From Planctomycetota bacterium (lineage in GTDB: Bacteria; Planctomycetota; B15-G4; SIAN01): 64,000 nt of DNA. Positions 34,348-44,553 of this stretch are shown one piece after another. The DNA is taken from contig JANNXA010000051.1 in assembly GCA_031409275.1 (NCBI GenBank), positions 32,001-96,000 on the forward strand, in the 5' to 3' direction. Both the position numbers and the translations under genes were made by a program. Position 1 is the first letter of the stretch. Each line of letters begins with the position of its first letter. A model generated the notes under the pieces. That model did no database searches. It saw only the letters and a program-made list of their open reading frames with translations, and had not been told where the DNA came from.

Positions 34348-36360
34348 TTGCCCGAAATTCCAGCGATTCCGCCCTCCAACCCGACCGCGACCGCCCCCGC
34401 GGTCACCCACTGGCGCGGCTACACGCTGAGCCCGTTCCAGCGCGACGCCGTCGCCGCAATCGGCGCTGACCAGGACGTCTTGATCTCCGCACCGACCGGC
34501 TCCGGCAAGACGCTGGTCGCCGAGTACGCCATCGAGATGGCGATCGCCAACGGCAAGCGCGCCATCTACACCGCGCCGATCAAGGCGCTGTCGAACCAGA
34601 AGTTCCGCGACTTCCGGGCGTTGCAGAAGTTCGACGTCGGGATCATGACCGGGGACGTCACGCTGCGGCCGAGCGCGCCGCTGCTGATCATGACCACCGA
34701 GATCTTCCGCAACTCGCTGTTCGAGCGCGGCGAGGAGCTCGCCGACCTCGGCTCGATCGTGTTCGACGAGATCCACTACATGGACGACGTCGAGCGCGGC
34801 ACGGTCTGGGAAGAGAGCCTGATCTACCTGCCGCCGACCGTCCGCCTCGTCGCCCTCTCCGCGACGGTGAGCAACCTCGGCCAGTTCTGCGACTGGCTCG
34901 GGCAGGTTCGTGGCCGACCGATCGTGCGCGTCGAATCGAAAGAGCGGCCGGTCCCGCTGATCCACTACCTTCACTTCCCAGGCATCGGCCCGAAGCGAGC
35001 CGACAAAGTGAAGGAGTTCCCGATGGCGCCGCGCGACGTGCGCCAGCGCGGCGGCGGCGGGCGCGTCTCCGCGGTGGATCTCCTCGATCGCCTCGAGCGC
35101 GACGATCAGCTGCCCGCGCTCTTCTTCTGCTTCAGTCGCCGCGAGGTGGAGCAACGCGCCCGCGAGAACGCGCGCCGTCGTCTGCTCGACGACGAGCAGC
35201 GCGCGCGCATCGAGACGCTCTTCGATGATCTGTGCCGCCGCTTCGAGATTCGCCAGGACAGCGCTCTCGACGAACTGCGCCACTTCGCCTTGGCCGGCGT
35301 CTCGTTCCACCACGCCGGTCTCTTGCCGCTGCACAAGGAGCTCGTCGAGCGCCTCTTCACGTCCGGCCTGCTGCGACTGCTCTTCACCACCGAGACCTTC
35401 GCGCTCGGCATCAACATGCCAGCGCGCAGCGTCATCTTCTCTTCGCTGCGGAAGTTCGACGGCGTCGGCTTCGACCGTCTGCGAACGCGCGACTACCAGC
35501 AGATGGCGGGTCGCGCCGGCCGTCTCGGACTCGACGAGCAGGGGCTCGTCTTCTCGATCGTCGATCCGCGCGACCGCCTCGCTGACCTGAGGCGCACGAT
35601 CTTCGGCGACGTCGAGCCGATCCGCAGCCGCTTCAACCTCTCCTACTCGACGATCTTGAACCTCCACCACCACCTCGGCGACCGGCTGTGGGAGGCGTGG
35701 GAGCGCTCCTTCAACAACTTCCAATGGTCGAACATGCCGCGCAAGAAGCGCGAGCAGAACGAGCAGAAGCAGCGCGATTCGATCGCCAAACGGCTGCAGT
35801 TGCTGCAGGAGTTCGGCTACGTCGACGCGACCAGCGTGCTGCCGAAGGGCCACTTCGCGCGCCGGATCAACGGCTACGAGCTGCCCGCCGTCGAGCTCGT
35901 CGACTCCGGCCTGCTGCGCGCGCTCGACGATCGCCAACTCGCCATCGTGTTGGCCTCGATCGTCTTCGAGGAGCGCAAGAGCGACCTCTTCACTCGCCTC
36001 GACAAGCGCGTGCTGGGGCCGCTGCGCGAGGATGCGCAGCGCGTGGTCGACCGCATCGCTCTCCGCGAAGCGGCGCTCGGCATCCATCCGCGCACTCGCT
36101 CGCTCGACTTCCAGATCGGCGCGGTGATGTCCGCGTGGTGGGATGGCGCGACGTTCGAGGACATCGGCCAGCTCACGAACGCGTCGCAAGGCGACCTCGT
36201 CCGCACGATGCGCCTGGTGATGCAGCTGCTGAAGCAGATGCGCAAGGTCTACGCGCACGACTCGGCGCTGGGCGAACAGCTCGAGCGCGTGCACGCCGCG
36301 ATCAACCGCGAGGAGATCGATGCCAAGCGGCAGCTCGAGCTCGGCGACCCCGCGACCTGA
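34348..36360 (+). CDS. Ski2-like DEAD/DEAH-box helicase (HelY-like)
   Basis: APTGSGKT, YTAPIKALSNQK, FDEIHY, LSAT, HHAGLLP, TETFALGINMPA, QMAGRAGR, C-terminal GDLVR (DSHCT-like). Confidence 0.93.
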   Translation: MPEIPAIPPSNPTATAPAVTHWRGYTLSPFQRDAVAAIGADQDVLISAPTGSGKTLVAEYAIEMAIANGKRAIYTAPIKALSNQKFRDFRALQKFDVGIMTGDVTLRPSAPLLIMTTEIFRNSLFERGEELADLGSIVFDEIHYMDDVERGTVWEESLIYLPPTVRLVALSATVSNLGQFCDWLGQVRGRPIVRVESKERPVPLIHYLHFPGIGPKRADKVKEFPMAPRDVRQRGGGGRVSAVDLLDRLERDDQLPALFFCFSRREVEQRARENARRRLLDDEQRARIETLFDDLCRRFEIRQDSALDELRHFALAGVSFHHAGLLPLHKELVERLFTSGLLRLLFTTETFALGINMPARSVIFSSLRKFDGVGFDRLRTRDYQQMAGRAGRLGLDEQGLVFSIVDPRDRLADLRRTIFGDVEPIRSRFNLSYSTILNLHHHLGDRLWEAWERSFNNFQWSNMPRKKREQNEQKQRDSIAKRLQLLQEFGYVDATSVLPKGHFARRINGYELPAVELVDSGLLRALDDRQLAIVLASIVFEERKSDLFTRLDKRVLGPLREDAQRVVDRIALREAALGIHPRTRSLDFQIGAVMSAWWDGATFEDIGQLTNASQGDLVRTMRLVMQLLKQMRKVYAHDSALGEQLERVHAAINREEIDAKRQLELGDPAT

Positions 36361-36364
36361 GCGC

Positions 36365-36964
36365 TCAGCTCGCGCGGCTCTTCGCGTTCAGCTGCTCGAG
36401 CCACTTGATCAGCACGTCGCACTCGAGGTTGACGCGGTCGCCCGCTCGGCGGTGCGCGAGATTCGTCACCGCGCGGGTGTGCGGCACGATGGTGCAGGAG
36501 AAGTGGTCCGCCGCGAGTTCGGCCAGCGTCAGCGAGATGCCGTCGACCGCAACGCATCCCTTGCGGACCATCGAGTCGAGCAGTTCACGCGGCGCCGCGA
36601 CCTCGAGCCACCAGTCGCCGTGGCGCTCATCGAAGCCCGTGACGGTACCGACGCCGTCGACGTGGCCCTGGACGAGGTGGCCGTCGATGCGGTCGTCGAG
36701 CCGCATCGCGCGTTCGAAATTGACCCGATCGCCGACTGCGAGCGCTCCCAGATGGGTGCGCCGCAGCGTTTCGCCGGCGAGGTCGAAGGCGATCTCCTCC
36801 CCCGCGCAGGCGACCACCGTGAGGCAGGCGCCGTCGATCGCGACGCTCTGCCCGAGCACGAGTTGGCCTGCCAGCGCTGGCAGGGCGACGACGAGTCGCT
36901 CGCCGAGTCCCGAGGGAGTGCGGCTTGAGACCCGGCCGGTCCCCTCGATGATCCCTCGGAACAT
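36365..36964 (-). CDS. ribE: Riboflavin synthase alpha chain
   Basis: MFRGIIE, SVAIDGACLTV, VNFERA, GHLVQGHVDG, KGCVAVDGISLT, VNLECD. Confidence 0.96.
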   Translation of the reverse strand: MFRGIIEGTGRVSSRTPSGLGERLVVALPALAGQLVLGQSVAIDGACLTVVACAGEEIAFDLAGETLRRTHLGALAVGDRVNFERAMRLDDRIDGHLVQGHVDGVGTVTGFDERHGDWWLEVAAPRELLDSMVRKGCVAVDGISLTLAELAADHFSCTIVPHTRAVTNLAHRRAGDRVNLECDVLIKWLEQLNAKSRAS

Positions 36965-36993
36965 GCTCGACTCCCTTCCCCTGGGACGGCGCC

Positions 36994-37021
36994 TTGACCG
37001 CCCGACGCGCCATCCTAGACT
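36994..37021 (+). promoter_or_regulatory. Sigma70-type promoter of the trmD-rplS operon
   Basis: TTGACC-N16-TAGACT followed by CCTGCC. Confidence 0.75.
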
Positions 37022-37049
37022 CCTGCCCCTTTCCAACCGGAGGCGACAG

Positions 37050-37115
37050 GTGGCGCAGTACGGCCAACTGAGCGTTCGGAGCGTGGGCGGGCGTCTCGTC
37101 CCGATCGGTTCGTGA
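37050..37115 (+). CDS. Putative leader ORF (21 aa, MAQYGQLSVRSVGGRLVPIGS) coupled to trmD
   Basis: GGAGG at 37039-37043, GTG at 37050; TGA overlaps the trmD ATG (TGATG). Confidence 0.5.
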   Translation: MAQYGQLSVRSVGGRLVPIGS

Positions 37116-37837
37116 TGCTCGTCCAAGTGATCACCATCTTCCCGCGCCTCATCGAAGGCTTCGTCGCGGCAGGCTTGCCGCGCATCGCCATCGAGAAGGG
37201 CGCGCTCACCGTGCAAGCGGTCGATCTGCGTGACTACACGCAGGACGTTCATCGCACGGTGGACGACCGCCCGTTCGGCGGCGGACCCGGGATGGTGCTG
37301 ACGTGTGCTCCGATCTTCGCCGCCGTCGAAGCACTGGAACAGCAGCACGGGCCTGCCCACCGCGTGATGCTGACACCGCGTGGGCGGCGACTCGATCAGC
37401 GCAAGCTGCGCGAGCTCGCGCCGCATCCGCGGCTGTTGCTGCTGTGCGGGCACTACGAAGGGATCGACGAGCGCGTGCGTACCGGAATGACGTGGGAAGA
37501 GGTCTCCCTCGGAGACTTCGTGCTGTCTGGAGGCGAGCCGGCTGCGCTGGCCCTCCTCGACGGCGTCGCGCGCCTCCTTCCGGGCGTCACCGGTGATCCC
37601 GAGTCGACCGTGGAAGAATCATTCGAAGACGGCCTCCTCGAGGCGCCGCATTACACGCGGCCTCGGGAGTTTCGCGGGAATGCGGTGCCGGAGGTGCTCC
37701 TCTCCGGCGACCACGCGGCGATCGCACGCTGGCGTCGCGAGCAATCCCTGGAGATCACGAAGGAGCGGCGCGCCGACCTGTTTCAGGCGCGTCAAACGCA
37801 GTCGGTTCCGACGGAAGGGAAGCCATGGATCGTGTGA
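37115..37837 (+). CDS. trmD: tRNA (guanine-N1)-methyltransferase
   Basis: [54 protein letters not shown]. Confidence 0.98.
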   Translation: MLVQVITIFPRLIEGFVAAGLPRIAIEKGALTVQAVDLRDYTQDVHRTVDDRPFGGGPGMVLTCAPIFAAVEALEQQHGPAHRVMLTPRGRRLDQRKLRELAPHPRLLLLCGHYEGIDERVRTGMTWEEVSLGDFVLSGGEPAALALLDGVARLLPGVTGDPESTVEESFEDGLLEAPHYTRPREFRGNAVPEVLLSGDHAAIARWRREQSLEITKERRADLFQARQTQSVPTEGKPWIV

Positions 37838-38238
37838 GCCAAGCAGTCGCCTCCTACAAGAAGGCGACCGCGCCCGAGTTCGATGTCGGCGACACCGTCG
37901 ACGTCCACGTGCGTATCCAGGAAGGTGACAAGGAGCGCATCCAGCTCTTCACCGGCATCGTGCTCTGCAAGAAGCGCACGGGCATCGCGGCCACCTTCAC
38001 GGTGCGCCGCATCGTGCAGGGCGAAGGCGTCGAGCGCATCTTCCCGATCCACTCGCCGTTCGTGGCCGACGTGAAGGTGAAGCGTCGCCATCACGTCCAG
38101 CGTTCGAAGCTCTACTACCTGCGCACTCGCTCCGGCAAGTCGGCGCGCATGCGCGAGCGCATCGAACTGAAGGACGAGATCGTCCCTGGCGAGACGACCG
38201 CGGCCACGCCTCCGGCGCAAGTCGGCGCGAAGTCCTGA
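37825..38238 (+). CDS. rplS: 50S ribosomal protein L19
   Basis: [43 protein letters not shown]. Confidence 0.98.
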   Translation: MDRVSQAVASYKKATAPEFDVGDTVDVHVRIQEGDKERIQLFTGIVLCKKRTGIAATFTVRRIVQGEGVERIFPIHSPFVADVKVKRRHHVQRSKLYYLRTRSGKSARMRERIELKDEIVPGETTAATPPAQVGAKS

Positions 38239-38260
38239 TCCACTGAGCCTCGATCCGACC

Positions 38261-38294
38261 GGGGCGGGGGGCTGCCAAGCCTTCCGCCCTGTTT
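38261..38294 (+). terminator. Hairpin or weak terminator between rplS and secDF
   Basis: 13-bp stem GGGGCGGGGGGCT / AGCCTTCCGCCCT with G-U pairs, loop GCCA, followed by GTTT. Confidence 0.55.
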
Positions 38295-38318
38295 CCGTCT
38301 CCTGGGAACGCTCCGTCC

Positions 38319-41117
38319 ATGGGTGAGAACCTCCGGCTGCGCACGTTCGTCGTCCTCGCGCTGACAGCTCTCAGCGTGTGGCTGATCGGCAAGCCTCTGC
38401 TGATCGACCACGTCTCGCCCCTCGTCATGGGGCTCGACATTCGTGGCGGCGTGAGCCTGCGCTACGAGTTCGACGAGAAGACGCTCCCGAAGGGGGCGAC
38501 GCTCCCCGACACGATCAAGACCGCGATCCAGATCTACGGCAATCGCCTCGACGCGCTGGCCGTGAAGGAACTGTCGATTCGCTCGGTTGGCAGCAACCAG
38601 GTCGAGGTCTCGGTCCCGGGGATCACGCTCGAACAGGCGGACTCGATCCAGAAGACGCTCGAGAGCCTCGGTCGCCTCGAACTGCGCCTCGCCGCGCACG
38701 CCGAAGCGGGCGTCAATCCGGAGAGCGAGCAGGAGCGGCTGGTCGCGGAACTGAAGAAGCGAACGACCGCCGGTGAGGAGATCAGCGACCGCACCGACTT
38801 CGGCGCGCTCACCGAGAACCTGAAGCTCGAAGGCAGCGACGTCACCTTCCGCTGGATGCCCAAGAGCAAGAAGATGCTGATCGACGAGGCGCGCAAACGC
38901 AGCGACGCTTCGGAGGACGCTCGCTGGGACACCTCGTCGTCGTGGGTCCTGGTCCGCTTCGATCCGCGCGAGGGCCAGTTCTTCGCCGGCGAACACTTCG
39001 CCGAGAACGGCGTCTTCCCCGAGCTCGACACCGAGAGCGGCAAGACCGCCGTCGGCTTCGTGATCCGTGCCGGTCGACCGGCGCAGCAGTTCGCCGACTG
39101 GACCGAACGCAACAAGGGCCAGTCGATCGTCACGCTGCTCGACAACGCCGTGCAATCGCTCGCGCAGATCAATGACCGCATCGAAGGCCGCGGCATCATC
39201 CGCGGCGGCGCGGACGGCTTCACGCCCGACGAGATCAACCGCCTGGTCTCCGTCATCAAGTCGGGTTCGCTGCAGACCAAGCCGACGCTGGCGCAGAAGT
39301 TCATCCAGGGCCCGTCGCTGGGCGAGGCGTCGATCCAACGCGGCGTCTGGGCGACGGTCCTCTCCTTCGCGCTCGTCGCCGCGTTCATGCTGATCTACTA
39401 CCGCCTGAACGGCGTGATCGCCGTGGCGTCGTTGATCGCCAACCTGCTGCTGCTCGTCGCGGCGATGGCGTGGCTGAATGCGACGTTGACGCTGCCAGGC
39501 ATCGCCGGCCTCATCCTCACCATCGGCATGGCCGTCGACGCCAACATCCTCATCTCCGAGCGCATCCGCGAGGAGCTCGACAAGGGCAAGACGATCCCGC
39601 AGGCGGTCAAGAACGGTTTCGATCGCGCCTACACGACGATCTTCGACGCGAACCTCACCACGTTCATCACCGGCTTCTTCCTCTACCAATTCGGCACCGG
39701 CACGATCCGCGGCTTCGCCGTCTCGCTGATGATCGGTCTCGCGACCTCGATGATCACCGGCGTCTACTTCTCGCGCACGTTCTTCGAGTGGGCCCTCGTG
39801 AAGGGCATCAAGACGATGACGATGATGCGCGCGATGGCGAACCCGGACTTCAAGTTCCTGAAGCACGCCAAGAAGGCCTACACCATCTCCGCGCTCGTGA
39901 TCGTCGGCGGCTGCACGCTCTTCTTCTTCGAAGACCAGAAGAAGTACGGCATGGACTTCACCGGCGGCTTCGAGGTGCAGATCGCGCTGCGCGAGCCGAT
40001 GTCGCAGCAGGAGGCGCTCGGCGTCGTGCGCCAGCGCTTCGACAACCCGGACGTCGTCTCGGTCGGATCGGACTCCGACGGCAAGGCGGTCCGCTTCCAG
40101 ATCAAGATCAAGCAGACCGACCTCGACGCCGCGCAGGTCAGCGGCGCCGCGGCACCGGCCGCCACCGGCACGGCGGCGGAACGATTCGCCGCCGAGATCG
40201 GCCAGCTCTTCGGCGCCCGACTCGTCGAGACCGGCATCCAGGAGCTCACGCTCGGCGCCCCCGATGACCTCGGCCGTGTCTCCGTCGATTGCAAGCTGAA
40301 GTTCGAGGCGCCCGTCCAGCGCAGCGCCGTCGAAGCCGCGCTCAAGAAGAACGTCAACGTCGACTCGCTCGAAGGAGCCGACGTCGCCGACACCTTCACG
40401 CTCAAGGGGCGCTTCGCTCGCAATCCGGGCGATGTCGACCTCGCGCGCGGCATGTTGTCGGTCCGCATCCCCGGCGTCGCGGGACGCGAGGTGATGCTGA
40501 ACGACCCGATGCCGGCGAAGTCCTACATCGGGCCGCGCGCCGGCAAGGAACTGCGCGATTCGGCGATCCGCGCGATGGTGATGTCGCTGATCATGATCGT
40601 CGTCTACGCGCGCCTTCGGTTCCGGCAGTATCGCTACGGTCTCGCCGCCGTCGCCGCGTTGATCCACGACGTGCTCGTGACGCTCGGCGGCATCGCGATC
40701 GCGCGCGCCTTGGGCCTCGAGATCGAGGTCGACCTGACCGTCGTGGCCGCGTTCCTGACGATCATCGGCTACTCGATCAACGACACGATCGTGATCTTCG
40801 ACCGCATCCGCGAGAACCTGCCACGCTCGAGCCTGCCGTTGAACGACCTGATCGATCGATCGGTGAACCAGACGTTGTCGCGATCGATCCTCACCTCGTT
40901 GACCGTCTTCCTCTCGGTGCTGATCCTGTTCCTCTTCAACGCCGGACAACGCAACGCGCTGGAGGGTTTCTCTTTCGCGATGATGATCGGCGTCGTGACC
41001 GGCTCCTACTCGACGATCTACGTCGCGTCGCCGCTGGTCGCGCACATCGAGCAGTGGTCCGCGCGTCGCAAGAAGGCTGCACAGCCGGGGTCGAACGGAC
41101 CGGCCGCCGCGAGCTGA
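38319..41117 (+). CDS. secDF: Fused protein translocase subunit SecDF
   Basis: GLDIRGG, GPSLG, TLTLPGIAGLILTIGMAVDANILI.ERIREE, DANLTT, GMDFTGG, HDV, IIGYSINDTIVIFDRIREN. Confidence 0.97.
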   Translation: MGENLRLRTFVVLALTALSVWLIGKPLLIDHVSPLVMGLDIRGGVSLRYEFDEKTLPKGATLPDTIKTAIQIYGNRLDALAVKELSIRSVGSNQVEVSVPGITLEQADSIQKTLESLGRLELRLAAHAEAGVNPESEQERLVAELKKRTTAGEEISDRTDFGALTENLKLEGSDVTFRWMPKSKKMLIDEARKRSDASEDARWDTSSSWVLVRFDPREGQFFAGEHFAENGVFPELDTESGKTAVGFVIRAGRPAQQFADWTERNKGQSIVTLLDNAVQSLAQINDRIEGRGIIRGGADGFTPDEINRLVSVIKSGSLQTKPTLAQKFIQGPSLGEASIQRGVWATVLSFALVAAFMLIYYRLNGVIAVASLIANLLLLVAAMAWLNATLTLPGIAGLILTIGMAVDANILISERIREELDKGKTIPQAVKNGFDRAYTTIFDANLTTFITGFFLYQFGTGTIRGFAVSLMIGLATSMITGVYFSRTFFEWALVKGIKTMTMMRAMANPDFKFLKHAKKAYTISALVIVGGCTLFFFEDQKKYGMDFTGGFEVQIALREPMSQQEALGVVRQRFDNPDVVSVGSDSDGKAVRFQIKIKQTDLDAAQVSGAAAPAATGTAAERFAAEIGQLFGARLVETGIQELTLGAPDDLGRVSVDCKLKFEAPVQRSAVEAALKKNVNVDSLEGADVADTFTLKGRFARNPGDVDLARGMLSVRIPGVAGREVMLNDPMPAKSYIGPRAGKELRDSAIRAMVMSLIMIVVYARLRFRQYRYGLAAVAALIHDVLVTLGGIAIARALGLEIEVDLTVVAAFLTIIGYSINDTIVIFDRIRENLPRSSLPLNDLIDRSVNQTLSRSILTSLTVFLSVLILFLFNAGQRNALEGFSFAMMIGVVTGSYSTIYVASPLVAHIEQWSARRKKAAQPGSNGPAAAS

Positions 41118-41275
41118 GGACCTTCACCCCGGGAACCGCCGTGCGTTGCGACCGTCCCCGCAACGAGCGGCCTCCCGGGGCCAACCGACGTCGATCCTCG
41201 ATCGACGGGCGGCGACGCTAGAAACGAAACCGGCGATCTACCGCGGGGCAGCCCCGCCGCGGTTGGGAGGGACGG

Positions 41276-41935
41276 ATGCGCAAGCTCGTGCTGTTTGGCT
41301 TGCTCGGAACGATCTTTGGCTCGGCGCTTCTGCTCGAGCACGTCTTCGCGCGCAAGCCTGAAGACTCGAAGCTGCCCGATCACAAGGCGGTGCTGCTCAT
41401 CGGCGGCGGCGTGCCGCGCTCGATCCCCGCCACCGCGCCCGAGTTGGTGCCGGACGAGGAGTTGCAGGCCTCTGGCCAGCGCTCGAAGTCACCGCCGACG
41501 GAACCACGCCCGCGCCAGGCGCCCGCCGATCCCACTCCGCCCGACCCCAATCGCGTCCACATCGTCGCCGCAAAGGAGACGCTCTGGACGATCGCGGCGG
41601 CAGAGCTTGGCAGCGGCGCGCGCTGGCCGGAGATCGCCGAATGGAACGGCATCGCCGGCGACGCACCACTGCGGGTCGGCGCCAAGCTGCGCCTCTCGCC
41701 GGCGCGCCGCGCCAACGAGACGAAGCCCGCCGCCAGTGACGTCGCGAAGGCGAAGACGAAGCCTGCGGCCGACGCAACGCGCACGCACAAGGTGGCCAAG
41801 GGCGAGTCGCTGTCGAAGATCGCGGCGCTCTACCTCGGCGACGCCGGCCGCTGGCGCGAGATCCAGCGACTGAACCAGATCGCCGACCCCGCCGCGGTCG
41901 GCGAAGGGCAGGTCCTCAAGATTCCGGAGCGCTGA
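41276..41935 (+). CDS. Secreted protein with two LysM domains
   Basis: HIVAAKETLWTIAAAELG..W.EIAEWN and HKVAKGESLSKIA..YLG..W.EI..LN..GQVLKIP; GGAGG SD. Confidence 0.9.
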   Translation: MRKLVLFGLLGTIFGSALLLEHVFARKPEDSKLPDHKAVLLIGGGVPRSIPATAPELVPDEELQASGQRSKSPPTEPRPRQAPADPTPPDPNRVHIVAAKETLWTIAAAELGSGARWPEIAEWNGIAGDAPLRVGAKLRLSPARRANETKPAASDVAKAKTKPAADATRTHKVAKGESLSKIAALYLGDAGRWREIQRLNQIADPAAVGEGQVLKIPER

Positions 41936-41968
41936 GCTCGATTCGAACGCGACGCCGGTTGGTGCCGA

Positions 41969-43531
41969 TCAGCGCGCCGTGTAGTCGCCGCGATTCTGCG
42001 CCGCCAGCTCGCCGAGGAATTTCCGGTCGTGCTGTCCGATGCCGATCGCGTGGAGACGCACCCGTCGCCCCCGATTCCACTCGGCGACCGCGCGCAGGAT
42101 CAGTTCGGGCGCCTGCAGTCGCCCTGCCGTCGGGCGTCCATCGGTCAGAAAGAAGATGGTGTCGACGCTCGGGCCGGCCCGCCCCGCTCGCCGGCCTTCG
42201 CCCGCCCCCACCGCGAAGGCCGCCTGCAACGCGCCGTAGAGATTCGTTCCCTGGCTGGGTTGGCGCGTGCGAATGGCCGCGAGCGCTTCGTTGCGATGGC
42301 GATCGTCGGCGAGTTCGAGCGCGCCGAACACCGGTTGCGCCTCGTCGGCGTAGGTGATCACCTCGAAGCGGGCGTCGGAGGGGAGCGCCGCGAGCGCCGC
42401 GGCGAGTTGGCTCACAGCGACTTCGAGCTTGGTGCGGGTCGTGGTCGTGTCGGTCCCGCGGCGGGCCGGCTCGCGCATGCTTCCTGACAGATCGAGCACG
42501 AAGACGACGCTCTTGCTGAACGTGCCGATGCCGAAGAACTGCGTGCCGCCATCCGGAGCGCCACCGGCAGCCTCTTCCGTCCCATCGCTGCGTTGGCTCG
42601 CCGTCGGTGCTGGCGGGGCGAGGAAGGTGCCTCCCGCTTCCGACCACCACCGCCGCCAGGTCGCCGCATCGGCGGCGAAACGCTGACCGGTCATCGATGC
42701 GAGCGCGCGGCAGAGATCGTCGCGCAATCGCCCATCCGCGTGCTCCAAATGCGCGATCAACAGCGGAATCGCGCTGGCCTGATGGAACCGGCGCAGCGCC
42801 TCGATCGCCTCCGCGCGGACCCGCCAATCGGAATGGTCGAGCGCGCCGGCCGCGGCGGGAGTTGCGCCAGCGTCGCCACGCTCGCCAAGCGCCACCAAGG
42901 CAGCGATCTTCACTTCGACCGGGCTCCCCTTGTCGCGGACGAGCTCCATCAGCGGCACCATGACGCGCGGCGACGCCACCGGCCCCAGCATCTCGATCAC
43001 GAGCAGGTCGGCGTCGAGTTCGCGCTCGTCGGTGAGTTTCTGCAACAGCAGCAGCGAAAGCGCGTCGGCACCATCGTCGAGCAGCTTGCCGACCAGCTCG
43101 GCGTAGCCCGCTCGATCGACCTCGGCGAGCCGTTCCTCGATCTGGCGGGTCGCGGAGATCTCCGCGATCTCGCGCAGGAGGTCGGCGAGACGCTCATCGA
43201 GCCGGCGACGAACGCTGGTCGCCGTGGCATCCGCGGCGCTGCGCTGCGCACTGATCTCGGCGCGCTCGCGTTCGAGCTCGGGAAGCTTGGCATCGGCGCG
43301 CACCACTCGCCGCCGCGCGCGCAACCGTGCTTCGAAGAGCAGGAGGCCCGCGCGACTGTGCGGGGCGGCGACCATGGCCGCGATCGCGTCGGCGGCCGCC
43401 TGCACCCGTCCCGCCGCCAGTTGTTCGCGCCAGCGCTGCACCTGCAGCGCGTCGAGCGGCGGCTCCCCGGCGGCGGCCGTCGAGAACAGGCCGCCGAGCA
43501 GTCCGCAGCAGAGAAGGCGCCGGAGGAGCAT
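41969..43531 (-). CDS. Secreted HEAT-repeat plus von Willebrand A domain protein
   Basis: Signal peptide; HEAT unit DWRVRAEAIEAL; MIDAS VFVLDLSGSM, GTNLYGAL, FFLTDGRPT, LHAIGIG. Confidence 0.88.
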   Translation of the reverse strand: MLLRRLLCCGLLGGLFSTAAAGEPPLDALQVQRWREQLAAGRVQAAADAIAAMVAAPHSRAGLLLFEARLRARRRVVRADAKLPELERERAEISAQRSAADATATSVRRRLDERLADLLREIAEISATRQIEERLAEVDRAGYAELVGKLLDDGADALSLLLLQKLTDERELDADLLVIEMLGPVASPRVMVPLMELVRDKGSPVEVKIAALVALGERGDAGATPAAAGALDHSDWRVRAEAIEALRRFHQASAIPLLIAHLEHADGRLRDDLCRALASMTGQRFAADAATWRRWWSEAGGTFLAPPAPTASQRSDGTEEAAGGAPDGGTQFFGIGTFSKSVVFVLDLSGSMREPARRGTDTTTTRTKLEVAVSQLAAALAALPSDARFEVITYADEAQPVFGALELADDRHRNEALAAIRTRQPSQGTNLYGALQAAFAVGAGEGRRAGRAGPSVDTIFFLTDGRPTAGRLQAPELILRAVAEWNRGRRVRLHAIGIGQHDRKFLGELAAQNRGDYTAR

Positions 43532-43605
43532 GGGCCCCAGGTTGACAACAGCCGCCTTGGAAGCAAGAAGGGGCCCCCCTTTCACCCGGCAGGAGCGCCC
43601 TACGG

Positions 43606-44178
43606 ATGGTCGATCAGGCGCGCATCGAAGTCGCCGTCCGCATGATCCTCGAAGCGATCGGCGAGGATCCCGCACGCGACGGACTGAAGGAGACGCCCTC
43701 GCGGGTGGCACGCATGTACGCCGAGCTTTTCTCGGGACTGACCGAGGATCCGGCGATCCACCTGAAGGCGGTCTTCGATGAGCACCACCACGAGGTGGTG
43801 CTGGTGCGCGACATCCCGTTCCACTCGACCTGCGAGCACCACCTGATGCCGTTCACCGGGCGGGCGCACGTCGCCTACATCCCCAACGGCAAGGTGATCG
43901 GCATCTCGAAGATCGCGCGCATCGTCGACGCCTTCGCCCGGCGACCGCAAGTCCAGGAACGGCTCACCAGCCAGATCGCCGACTTCCTGGTGACCGGACT
44001 CACGGCCAAAGGGGTCGCCGTCGTGATCGAAGCGACCCACACCTGCATGACCGTGCGCGGCGTGAAGAAGTCGGGCAGTGCCGTCGTGACCTCCGCCCTG
44101 CGCGGGCTCTGCCTCAAGAACCCCGCGACTCGCGAAGAGATCATGAGCCTCATCCACGCGCCGCGACGCGTGGAGTAG
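43606..44178 (+). CDS. folE: GTP cyclohydrolase I
   Basis: [43 protein letters not shown]. Confidence 0.97.
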   Translation: MVDQARIEVAVRMILEAIGEDPARDGLKETPSRVARMYAELFSGLTEDPAIHLKAVFDEHHHEVVLVRDIPFHSTCEHHLMPFTGRAHVAYIPNGKVIGISKIARIVDAFARRPQVQERLTSQIADFLVTGLTAKGVAVVIEATHTCMTVRGVKKSGSAVVTSALRGLCLKNPATREEIMSLIHAPRRVE

Positions 44179-44189
44179 GATCTCGTCCG

Positions 44190-44543
44190 ATGCTCGTCAC
44201 CAAAGAGTTCACCTTCGACTCCGCCCACAACCTGCCGAACTACCACGGCAAGTGCGAGCGGCTCCACGGCCACACCTACCGGCTCCTGGTGACGATCTCG
44301 GCGCCGGTCGACCCGGCGACGGGCATGGCGCTCGATTTCGCGATCCTCGGCGACGTCGTGGAGCGTGAAGTCGTCGCCGTGCTCGACCACCGCTACCTGA
44401 ACGAGATCATCCCGATCTCTTCGGCCGAGAACGTCGCGCTGTGGATCTGGGCCAAGCTGAAGGACCAGCTGCCGCGCGCCAAGCTCGCCGAGATCAAGCT
44501 TTGGGAGACGCCCACCTCCTCCGTGACCTTGCGCGACGAGTGA
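44190..44543 (+). CDS. queD: 6-carboxytetrahydropterin synthase
   Basis: FTFDSAH, CERLHGHTY, LDHRYLN, AEN, LWET. Confidence 0.93.
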   Translation: MLVTKEFTFDSAHNLPNYHGKCERLHGHTYRLLVTISAPVDPATGMALDFAILGDVVEREVVAVLDHRYLNEIIPISSAENVALWIWAKLKDQLPRAKLAEIKLWETPTSSVTLRDE

Positions 44544-44553
44544 GCAGGGCGTC

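Noticed and set aside
43606..44543. folE-queD as part of a 7-deazaguanine DNA-modification (dpd) defence island
   Set aside because: No dpdA/tgt-like, queC or queE gene and no mobility genes nearby; the context is core chromosome.
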